Positions 1-7,520 of a stretch of DNA of 64,000 nucleotides are shown piece by piece. Origin of the DNA: Acidobacteriota bacterium (GTDB lineage Bacteria; Acidobacteriota; Polarisedimenticolia; Polarisedimenticolales; JAIQFR01); contig JBGQAU010000003.1 of NCBI GenBank assembly GCA_041494445.1, positions 1,018-65,017 on the forward strand, written 5' to 3'. Within the stretch, counting starts at the first letter, position 1, and each line of letters opens with the position of its first letter. The notes beneath the pieces were generated by a model. It saw only the letters and a program-made list of their open reading frames with translations, was not told the DNA's origin and searched no databases. The position numbers and the translations under genes were made by a program.

Positions 1-2877
1 AACGTGGGCCTCGTGACCGACGGCGAGCAGTTTGTTTTCGTTCAGCGCCGGGGCAAGAAATGGCACACCGACAGCCGCAGCCTCGACGCGGACACCGCCG
101 AGAAGCTGTTGTTGTGGCTTCGGGCCATGAGCCGGAAAGACCTCTCGCCGGAGAACCTCATCGCCGATTTCGGACCCGAAAGTCCTCTCGCCGCGGACGT
201 CGTCGGCGTCTTGGCAAAGCTCGTCGCCTCTAAGAAACACCCGAAGGCCAATGTCGTCTACGAAGAGTGGCGCCGCATCTTCGGCATCGTGTACGGGACC
301 GACCAGTTGTTGCGGGCCCGACGCGATTCGGAGTCCCGCGATCTGGCCAAGGCGTACCGGCTGAAGCTCGGGTTGGAGTTCCCCGTCCTCCTCTTCTCCG
401 TCCACACCTACTACGCCCTGTTGATGAAGCTCCTGGCGACCGAAGTAATCGTCGCGCAGGGAGAGCTCGGGGCTTCCTTCATCGGCGTCCTCGCCGCTGG
501 CCGTCTCAAGGAGCAGCTGCGCGAGCTCGAGTCCGGAGAGGTACTGCAGCGCCACAATATCCGGAACGCAATCGAGCAGGACTTCTTCGGGTGGTATCCG
601 GAGGCATGGACACGTGACCTTCAGACGGTGCTGTGGCGGTTCGCGCAGACCCTCGGCGCGTACGATATCGGGTCGGTCGAGCTCAAGCCCGACCGGGCGC
701 AAGACCTCCTGAAAGACCTGTACCACGGGTTGATTCCCGAGTCGGTCCGGCACGCGCTTGGTGAGTACTACACCCCAGATTGGCTGGCCGAGCACACGCT
801 CGACCTCGCCGGCTACGATGGGGATCCTCACAAGACGTTCCTTGACCCCTCGTGCGGGTCGGGGACTTTTCTCGTGCTTGCGATCCACCGCGTCCGGCAG
901 TGGCTGACGGACCGTACGGTCGAATGGGGCAGCAGCGAGAAGAAGCTCGAGGCCGTGAGGCTCATTCGCCACAATATCGTAGGGTTCGACCTCAACCCTC
1001 TGGCGGTCATCGCGTCCAGGACCAACTACCTTTTCGCCCTCGGCCCCCTGCTGCGGTATCGCGAGCGAGGCCCGGAGTTCGAGATCCCGGTCTACCTCAC
1101 GGACTCCGTACTCCTGCCCGGCCGCTCAATGGCCCAGGCAAACCTCTTCGCTCAGGAGACAGTTGCGTTCCCGATGACGGTCGGGACTTTCAACGTCCCG
1201 GCGGAGGTGGTGGACAACCGACAGGTTCCCGACTTGATGAACCTGCTCCACGAGTGCATCACGGAGCGGCATGACAGCGACTCGTTCGTCGAGCGATCCA
1301 TCGCGGAGCTCGGTCTGCGGGGGACCGATAACCTCAAGGCCTCCCTTGGCGCACTCTTCGGGACAATGCGGGATTTGGACCGTCAGGGCAAGAACCGAGT
1401 CTGGGCGAAGCTCATTCGCAACCGTTACGCCTCGCTGTTCTTCAAGGGGTACTTCGACTTCGTCGTCGGGAACCCGCCCCACGTCAATTGGGAATCCCTG
1501 ACGCCAGAATGGAGAACGGCGGCGGAGGAATCCTACCGGCATTACGGCTTGTTCACCCTCAAGGGCCTGGAAAGCCGGCATGGCGGCGGCAAGAAGGACA
1601 TCGCGACGCTCTTCACGTACGCCGTGATGGATCACTTCGTCAAAGACGGTGGAATCTTGAGCCTCGTGGTCCACGTATCGCTTTTCAAGACGTCCGGCGC
1701 CGGAGAGGGGTTCCGGCGATTCCGCCTTGGTGACAAGGACCCGTTCTGCGTCGAGGAAGCTCACGACTTCAAGAGCTTCCAGCCCTTTCAGACCGACCCC
1801 AAGATGAAGATCAAGACGCGAACCCTGACGTTCCGTGCGGTGAAGGGCAGGGCAACCCGTTACCCCGTGCCGTACTTCGCGTGGTCGAAGACGACGCCTG
1901 GGTTTATCCCCGGCAATCTGGAGTGGAGGGAGGTCCTTCAGCGACTCGAATCAACGGAGCTGGTGGCGACACCCTTGCGCGGTACGAGCCCTGAAGGGAT
2001 TCTCTCCCCGTGGCTGACGATCCCGAAGGCGAAGCACCCGCAGTGCAGACGTGTGATTGCTCCGGTGAACTACAAACCCTCCTACGAGGGTCACGCTGGC
2101 ATATACAGCGGTGGTTTAAACGGCGCATACTTCCTCGAGATCGTGGACCGAAACCCCAACGGGACTGTGCTCGTCCGCAACATGCACGATGTAGGCAAGA
2201 TCGCGTGTCCGCGTGTGGAGGCTACTATCGAGGCGGACCTTGTGTTCCCTCTCCTGCGCGGTCGCTCCGTCCGGCGCTGGGGTTACAAACCGGCGGGGCA
2301 TGTTCTTATCGTGCAGGATCCAAAGACGCAGCGTGGGTACCCCGAGAAGTGGCTGCAGCAGACGCACCCGCTGACTTGGGCCTACCTGAAGAAATTCGAG
2401 AAGTTGCTGCGGGAGCGCAAGGCGTTCAAGAAGTTCTTCGACCCGAAGACCGACCCGTTCTATTCCATGTACGCCGTGGGCCAACACACCTTTGCGCCAC
2501 ATAAGGTCGTCTGGATGGACATCTCGGCAACGATGAAGGCTGCCGTGGTCTCGCGCGAAGTCGGCGTGGAACTGCCGATACCCGAGCACAAGCTGTTGCT
2601 TCTGACCACCGCGACCGCCGATGAGGCGTACTACGTCGCGGCGGTCCTGAATAGCGACCCTGTGGACACAGTCGTCACCGGGTACATCGTTGATAACTCC
2701 GTCTCTACGCACCCGATTGAGAACATCCGGATCCCGAAGTATGACCCGAAGGACGACGTCCACAGCACCCTGGTGGGTCTCTCTCGCAGCGCCCACGCAG
2801 CGACGGCCAGGGACGACGACAGGGCGGTTGCCAAGGCAGAGGCGATTATCAACAAGGCGGTTCTGGCCCTTTGGTAG
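1..2877 (+). CDS. Type IIG-like restriction-modification fusion enzyme / N6-adenine DNA methyltransferase (5' end cut by window edge)
   Basis: The ORF is open to nt 1. SAM motif I is DPSCGSGTFL (from nt 844) and catalytic motif IV is GNPPH (NPPH at nt 1471-1482). The first residues (LVTDGEQFVF) resemble the last strand of a PD-(D/E)XK nuclease core. The C-terminal region of more than 400 aa (YSGGLNGAYFLEIV...) is consistent with a TaqI_C/Eco57I-type specificity domain. Confidence 0.75.
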   Translation, partial: NVGLVTDGEQFVFVQRRGKKWHTDSRSLDADTAEKLLLWLRAMSRKDLSPENLIADFGPESPLAADVVGVLAKLVASKKHPKANVVYEEWRRIFGIVYGTDQLLRARRDSESRDLAKAYRLKLGLEFPVLLFSVHTYYALLMKLLATEVIVAQGELGASFIGVLAAGRLKEQLRELESGEVLQRHNIRNAIEQDFFGWYPEAWTRDLQTVLWRFAQTLGAYDIGSVELKPDRAQDLLKDLYHGLIPESVRHALGEYYTPDWLAEHTLDLAGYDGDPHKTFLDPSCGSGTFLVLAIHRVRQWLTDRTVEWGSSEKKLEAVRLIRHNIVGFDLNPLAVIASRTNYLFALGPLLRYRERGPEFEIPVYLTDSVLLPGRSMAQANLFAQETVAFPMTVGTFNVPAEVVDNRQVPDLMNLLHECITERHDSDSFVERSIAELGLRGTDNLKASLGALFGTMRDLDRQGKNRVWAKLIRNRYASLFFKGYFDFVVGNPPHVNWESLTPEWRTAAEESYRHYGLFTLKGLESRHGGGKKDIATLFTYAVMDHFVKDGGILSLVVHVSLFKTSGAGEGFRRFRLGDKDPFCVEEAHDFKSFQPFQTDPKMKIKTRTLTFRAVKGRATRYPVPYFAWSKTTPGFIPGNLEWREVLQRLESTELVATPLRGTSPEGILSPWLTIPKAKHPQCRRVIAPVNYKPSYEGHAGIYSGGLNGAYFLEIVDRNPNGTVLVRNMHDVGKIACPRVEATIEADLVFPLLRGRSVRRWGYKPAGHVLIVQDPKTQRGYPEKWLQQTHPLTWAYLKKFEKLLRERKAFKKFFDPKTDPFYSMYAVGQHTFAPHKVVWMDISATMKAAVVSREVGVELPIPEHKLLLLTTATADEAYYVAAVLNSDPVDTVVTGYIVDNSVSTHPIENIRIPKYDPKDDVHSTLVGLSRSAHAATARDDDRAVAKAEAIINKAVLALW

Positions 2878-2898
2878 GACCACCTTCGCTGCGGGGAA

Positions 2899-3216
2899 CT
2901 ACTCCGCCGCCATCCTTTTTGCCATCGCGATCGCCGCGCGGAATCCCCTCTTCGCTCGCACCGCCTTGACCTGCGCCTTCTGCCTGGGCTTCAGTATTCG
3001 CAGGTGGCCCATGTACTGACCCTGGAGCCTCAGATGGGCGCGGCGCTTGGCTGAAAGCTTCAGCCTGCGTTTCGGCGGCTCGCATTCCACCGACGCGCCG
3101 CGCCCCGCGCCGTTCGTGAGCGCGACGAACCGGCCGAGCGACCGGTCGATCGCGGTGAGCGCACGACGGATGGCGCGGACGTGTCGCGTGATGGGGTTAC
3201 GGGTGCGGTTTGGCAC
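2899..3216 (-). CDS. Small basic protein of unknown function (possibly nucleic-acid binding)
   Basis: 105 aa with a GTG start preceded by GGAGGA. Very Arg/Lys-rich C-terminal half (KRRLKLSAKRRAHLRLQGQYMGHLRILKPRQKAQVKAVRAKRG). No recognisable catalytic motif. Confidence 0.5.
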   Translation of the reverse strand: MPNRTRNPITRHVRAIRRALTAIDRSLGRFVALTNGAGRGASVECEPPKRRLKLSAKRRAHLRLQGQYMGHLRILKPRQKAQVKAVRAKRGFRAAIAMAKRMAAE

Positions 3217-3250
3217 GGCGGATCCTCCGTCGACGCGGCAATCCTAACAC
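3167..3250 (-). repeat. Copy 1 of a duplicated module (-10-like box, SD, start codon, first ~17 codons)
   Basis: On the minus strand, GTGTTAGGAT lies 34 nt upstream of a GTG start. The first 50 coding nt match the copy at 4171-4220 at 37/50 positions. Encoded peptide: MPNRTRNPITRHVRAI. Confidence 0.6.
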
Positions 3251-3278
3251 TCGTGCCTCCGGGAGACGCAGACTACCA

Positions 3279-4220
3279 TCACGGCTTGTCCGGGGTCGGC
3301 TTGGCCGTTGTGCGGTCAGCTGCAAGCTTGGCGAGGATGCCGGCGTCCCGCAGAGCTTCCTGGTACCGGCGCGTCAGGTCGCAGGCCGCCTTCCGAAATC
3401 CCGGATCTTTGGCCTTGAGCATCGCGTTGACCTTATCCGCCTCCTCGGCGAAGGGACGTGAGACCTTGGAGAAGGCTGTGTCGTAGTCCGGATTCTTGAG
3501 GGCCTTCCTGTGGGCTTCGAAACACCCATCTCCGAGATCTGAGTAACGCAAGGCACCAGAACAGAAGTGAAAGGTCCTTGCGCAGGGAACGTCTTCCAGA
3601 TTGCAGCCCGTTTGGTCCCCTTGGACAAAGGGCATGGAGTTCGCGAGGTCCTGATCCATTCGTGCGCGCTTGGGGACGCCGCCCGGCCAAGGCCTGAAGC
3701 CGAGCTTGCTCGCTTGCGCCTCGACGGTGTTGTAGATGCCGGCCGCGCAGAACTCCTCTTTGACGATCGCCTGCCCACGCAGAATGCTCATGAACGGGTC
3801 TTCCGCGTTGATCCTGGCGACGGCGTTTCCAGAGGCCTTGGTGAAGCTCTCCCGGAATCCCGCATCGTTCTTCTGAAGGTGTATGACGGTTTCAGCGAGG
3901 TCCTTGAAATGGAAGGCGTACCTTCCGAACTCGGTGCGGGCGTCCAACCCGCCGACAGCACCAAAATGGGGAACGATCTCCACGGTCCCGCCACCGCGTT
4001 TCTCCTGGGCCCCGAACAGCATCTCAAGAAGCTGACGCTCACCAGCCGAGCACTTCCTCAGGCAGTCTTTCGCTGGTCCAGCTACCGAGGCGGACGTGAT
4101 CAGCGAGAGTGGCAGGATCCAGGCCAATAGCTGAAATCTCCGAGCGACCAGGCATCGAAGGGGGAATTGGCTGATGGACTGGGCGTGACGAATGATGGGG
4201 TTGCAGGCGCGCTTCGGCAC
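3279..4220 (-). CDS. Secreted hypothetical protein
   Basis: 313 aa with a GTG start and a G-rich SD. N-terminal MPKRACNPIIRHAQSI is followed by a hydrophobic signal-like segment (RRFQLLAWILPLSLITSASVAG). Several Cys residues. No known motif recognised. Confidence 0.55.
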   Translation of the reverse strand: MPKRACNPIIRHAQSISQFPLRCLVARRFQLLAWILPLSLITSASVAGPAKDCLRKCSAGERQLLEMLFGAQEKRGGGTVEIVPHFGAVGGLDARTEFGRYAFHFKDLAETVIHLQKNDAGFRESFTKASGNAVARINAEDPFMSILRGQAIVKEEFCAAGIYNTVEAQASKLGFRPWPGGVPKRARMDQDLANSMPFVQGDQTGCNLEDVPCARTFHFCSGALRYSDLGDGCFEAHRKALKNPDYDTAFSKVSRPFAEEADKVNAMLKAKDPGFRKAACDLTRRYQEALRDAGILAKLAADRTTAKPTPDKP

Positions 4221-4255
4221 GGTAGAACCCCCTGGAGAGGGGGCGATGGTAACAC
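4171..4255 (-). repeat. Copy 2 of the duplicated module (-10-like box, SD, start codon, N-terminal codons)
   Basis: On the minus strand, GTGTTACCAT lies 35 nt upstream of the GTG start at 4220. The first 50 coding nt are 37/50 identical to 3167-3216. Confidence 0.6.
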
Positions 4256-4324
4256 AGCGAAGGAGCCGGGGCGTCGTGCATTACATCTTCGACATAGGCG
4301 TCACGGATCGTCCGGCTGATGCGT

Positions 4325-4353
4325 TTGACGTGGCAGAACCTGGGACCTAGATT
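4325..4353 (+). promoter_or_regulatory. Sigma70-like promoter candidate for the Cys-rich secreted gene
   Basis: TTGACG (4325-4330), a 17-nt spacer, then TAGATT (4348-4353), located in the divergent intergenic region. Confidence 0.35.
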
Positions 4354-4497
4354 TCGAGTCGGAGCCGGGGGAACAGCATGCGACGCGAGACCCTTCGGGC
4401 GTCCCCCCACGCGCGTTCGGCCGATCTCGGCGATACAGCGTCAGATTCCAACTGGTCAGCCCGTCGGCCAGCCGCGGCAGCAGAATCGAGGCGAGTC

Positions 4498-5055
4498 ATG
4501 AGCCGAACCAGCGTCCGATTCCTCGTTGTCGCGGCGACACTCCTACTGGCGAGCCATCGCACCGTCTGGCCTTGCTGCCAACTCGTGGGCAGCATGTGCG
4601 GAGAACCTTACGCGGTCAATTGCAACAACGGCGTGGTGTGTCTTCCCGGGTACACTTCGTGCCCTGGTGCCACGTGTACCTCGACGGTCATCGGGCACAC
4701 GTGCCTCGACGTAACTTCTCAGCCCGGAACGGTCTTCACGCTTCGTATTGGCAAGAGCGCGCTGGTCCCAGGAGACATTGACCTCAGCTGGGATCCGAGC
4801 TGCAGTCCGCACGCGTCTGACTACTCGGTCCACGAGGGCGCTGTCGGGAGTTGGTACTCTCACACCCCGGTCAATTGTTCGTCCGGCGGTGCTCTGTCGA
4901 TGACGATTGCCCCCGGGACGGGCAGCCGGTACTACCTGGTCGCTCCGATTTCGGGCAACTGGACGGGCAGTTTCGGGACAAACTCGGCAGGCGTGGAGCG
5001 GCCCGATTCGGATCTGCCGTGCACGGATGCCCGGGCGATCGCACCCTGCCCCTGA
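4498..5055 (+). CDS. Cys-rich secreted hypothetical protein
   Basis: The internal ATG at 4498 gives MSRTSVRFLVVAATLLLASH, a signal peptide. This is followed by a Cys-dense segment (CCQLVGSMCGEPYAVNCNNGVVCLPGYTSCPGATC) and a beta-rich domain. The longer 4378 start would put 40 non-signal residues ahead of the signal peptide. Confidence 0.55.
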   Translation: MSRTSVRFLVVAATLLLASHRTVWPCCQLVGSMCGEPYAVNCNNGVVCLPGYTSCPGATCTSTVIGHTCLDVTSQPGTVFTLRIGKSALVPGDIDLSWDPSCSPHASDYSVHEGAVGSWYSHTPVNCSSGGALSMTIAPGTGSRYYLVAPISGNWTGSFGTNSAGVERPDSDLPCTDARAIAPCP

Positions 5056-5581
5056 AGGCCCGTTCCCCTGTCGAGATCAACGCGAACCTCGGGAAGCTCC
5101 GCTGACGGGGCGAGGGATCCTTTCTGCTCGCGTGTCATTGTGAGGTGTCTGCGGCGTCACAGTCGATCGTATCAATTGTAAATGCATCTCTATTCTATGT
5201 AAGCACACAATAGAAAGTGGCCCTGGCGAAGCGTTACACAATCAAAGCACTTACAAACCGATCACTTACCGCATGGCGTTGCACGCTGAGAGCCGGACAT
5301 GCGGCCCACCCTCGCCAACCGCAAGCGGCAGTTTAGGGGCTTTCCCGGCGGTTTGGGAAGCGTTCCGTGGACCTGGTGAGCGGCATCTGGGGGGCCGTCC
5401 GGGGGTTTCCGGGCCGCCAACCGGCATTCCATGGGCACGATTTGGGCCGAAAAGACGCGTTCGGGAGGGGGCCGAGAGAGTGCTAACAAGATTCAACTTG
5501 TTGACAATTCATGTAGTTAGCTAATTTGAGGCGACCGGCAGAATCCGGGCGGCATGCCGCTGGACCCTCGAAAACGGCCCC

Positions 5582-5686
5582 ATAAACGCACTCGCCGCGC
5601 CGATTCCGTTCGATAAATGCACTCGGGAAGGCCTCTCCCCCACCATAACTGCACCCGCGGAGGCCCCGACCCCTCGATAAATGCAC
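5582..5686. repeat. Four phased direct repeats (iteron-like), core ATAA[AC][CT]GCAC
   Basis: ATAAACGCAC at 5582-5591, ATAAATGCAC at 5613-5622, ATAACTGCAC at 5645-5654 and ATAAATGCAC at 5677-5686. Start-to-start spacing is 31, 32 and 32 bp. Each core is followed by a GC-rich GGARGGCC..CCCC-like tail. The repeats lie in ORF-poor DNA. Confidence 0.7.
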
Positions 5687-5720
5687 CCTACTGAGGGACC
5701 CGGGCGGTCCCCCTCGCGGC

Positions 5721-5915
5721 TCACCATTGCGTGTCCAGGGCTTCGTCCCAGTGCCGTTCGGCCTGCCAAGGAATGCCGATGCGCGGCCCCCACGACGTGT
5801 CCCTCGACCACGCGATGCAATCGTAGGTGAATGTCGCTCCGAGACGGAATCGACTTTCTGCAGGACGACCGCGTCGCCACGCGCACGCGTCCCAGCTGAC
5901 CACCATCATTCGCAC
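5721..5915 (-). CDS. Possible small Trp-rich ORF downstream of the ApeA-like gene
   Basis: 64 aa with a GTG start and 7 Trp residues (…SWDACAWRR…YDCIAWSRDTSWGPRIGIPWQAERHWDEAL). Third-position GC is moderately high and the composition is not Arg/Pro shadow-like. No SD and no known motif. Confidence 0.25.
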   Translation of the reverse strand: MRMMVVSWDACAWRRGRPAESRFRLGATFTYDCIAWSRDTSWGPRIGIPWQAERHWDEALDTQW

Positions 5916-6060
5916 CCACCCCAGCGATGAGGAGATGTCCCGCAGAATCCGGACGCTGGCCTGCTGACTCGGTTCGCCCCCCGCGCCGCAGGTCGTCTCC
6001 CTGTTCAGATGCGTCGCCGTCGCCCGCTCGGGAGTACAGATGTGCCGCGGAACCTTGTTC

Positions 6061-7398
6061 TTACGGCAGCCTGATACTCCTTCTCAGATAGGAGTACTCA
6101 GGCGAGGTGGTGGCGAGAAGTGACGCGTTTGGACGACTTGGCAAGAGGCGGGAGAATAGCACCGCCTTCATCAGTGTGCTCAGCACAAAGCAATATTTCC
6201 AGAGAACATCCGGCGTGGCGGCGCCCGCTGCGAGCTCCGGCGTCCTGTGCACGAGGTAGTTGCGTGTCTTCACCACCGTCCGCACGAACGCTTCCTCGTC
6301 AGACACGAACGGCGTTATTGCTTCACGACAGCCTTCGATTAGTGCGTGGATGCGCGCGCGAAGGCTCGGCTCGTGGCTGAACGCGAGGCACCCGCCGAGC
6401 CAAGCGCGGTGCTCTTGAGGGACGGACTTCATGATCTCGCGGAGACGCTCTTGATGGCTGGCGTCGCGCCCGGCACAAGGGTCCAGGGTTCGATGGAATC
6501 CCTCAAGCGCCTGCATGACGCAAAGGAACTTCTGCTCGACGTACATGTCGGGTTTCTGATCAACACTGAAGAACACGTTTAGGGGCGCCCGCGCGACGGC
6601 GCTAAGCGCCAGCCAGGCAGGAATGAGAGTCGGCAGGTCCGCTTCCAAGTCGCGATAGGTTGTGGGCATGTTATGAAGGTCGGAAGGCTGGTCAAGAGCA
6701 CGCTCTCGATTGTATGCTTCCACCACTTCCACGGACTTCTCCCAGGCCCTTCCGTCGATCGTCGGATGCTCGAATCGAAGGGCGGAACGCACACTCCGAG
6801 CCCCAGTGAGAAGCGTGACGAGATTCGCCAGTGGGTAGAAGTACTCATCATGCCATTGGTGCATTCCGAGAGGCTGTGCAATGCCGATTTCCAATCCAGC
6901 TTCTTCGCGCAGCGTCACATCGTGACTTCTAAAAGCGCTGCTCAAGCCCAGCCACAAGGTGAGATTTCCATCTTGCAGACGAATCTCAATGGGCGCGCTC
7001 TGCTCATAGGTGATGTCGTGGCGTCCCGACATCCGAAGACCTCCAAGTCCGAGCCATTCCTGAAGGTGGCTCAACTGGAGACTCGCCCGCCTGAATTGGA
7101 TGTCTGACTCCCGAGTGAACGCGGCACCCAGGAAGATCAGCGACGGAAGGTACTTCACGATCTCTAGGTCGGGCCTGGAACCCCCCCGAGAGCCGCCGAA
7201 GTATGAGTCGCAAAGGGTTATGGACCCTCCTCCCAGATCGGTCCCTATGATCAAGGGCGTGCAGAAATCGGACTGCCGAAGTGACTGGAACAAGGTAAGG
7301 AGCGGCCGCTTCCCGGCCGGCAGCTCTAGCGTGCCTGGATAGGTCTTCCCTGGATCATCCGGGAAGTGCCAAGTGCCATGGCGTGTGCTTTCTTCCAT
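6061..7398 (-). CDS. ApeA-like HEPN-domain protein (abortive-infection/defence type)
   Basis: N-terminus MEESTRHGTWHFPDDPGKTYPGTLELPAGKRPLLTLF…GGGSITLCDSYF matches the ApeA N-terminal domain pattern. The C-terminus carries VVKTRNYLVHR, an R-x4-H HEPN motif. The start was chosen at the ATG at 7398; an alternative upstream ATG is at 7446. Confidence 0.8.
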   Translation of the reverse strand: MEESTRHGTWHFPDDPGKTYPGTLELPAGKRPLLTLFQSLRQSDFCTPLIIGTDLGGGSITLCDSYFGGSRGGSRPDLEIVKYLPSLIFLGAAFTRESDIQFRRASLQLSHLQEWLGLGGLRMSGRHDITYEQSAPIEIRLQDGNLTLWLGLSSAFRSHDVTLREEAGLEIGIAQPLGMHQWHDEYFYPLANLVTLLTGARSVRSALRFEHPTIDGRAWEKSVEVVEAYNRERALDQPSDLHNMPTTYRDLEADLPTLIPAWLALSAVARAPLNVFFSVDQKPDMYVEQKFLCVMQALEGFHRTLDPCAGRDASHQERLREIMKSVPQEHRAWLGGCLAFSHEPSLRARIHALIEGCREAITPFVSDEEAFVRTVVKTRNYLVHRTPELAAGAATPDVLWKYCFVLSTLMKAVLFSRLLPSRPNASLLATTSPEYSYLRRSIRLP

Positions 7399-7456
7399 GA
7401 ACGCTCGTGATCGCCCAACCTGGGGCGAGTTACTGCGGGCTCGCATCCCGCCTGCC

Positions 7457-7492
7457 CCCGGCTCGCGAAGCAGCGAGGCGCGGCGAGCCGGG
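7457..7492 (-). terminator. GC-rich hairpin downstream of the Abi_C-like gene (possible terminator or insulator)
   Basis: CCCGGCTCGC (7457-7466) pairs with GCGAGCCGGG (7483-7492), giving a 10-bp stem and a 16-nt loop. There is no U-tract, so confidence is low. Confidence 0.25.
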
Positions 7493-7520
7493 CTCCTCTG
7501 TTACCTATCTCCCCGACCGC

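Noticed and set aside
4378-4497. Longer start for the Cys-rich secreted protein.
   Set aside because: It would place 40 Arg/Ser/Ala-rich residues in front of an otherwise typical signal peptide that begins at the ATG at 4498.
5262-5930. Several 64-132-aa ORFs in the ORF-poor kilobase (5262-5489, 5266-5496, 5273-5524, 5521-5919, 5727-5930).
   Set aside because: They overlap one another, are Pro/Arg/Gly-rich and have no motifs. Only 5721-5915 was retained, as a low-confidence candidate.
7399-7446. Longer start (ATG at 7446) for the ApeA-like protein.
   Set aside because: The ApeA N-domain motif begins within a few residues of the internal Met (MEESTRHGTWHF). The extra 16 residues are Arg/Ser-rich. 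This start cannot be excluded.
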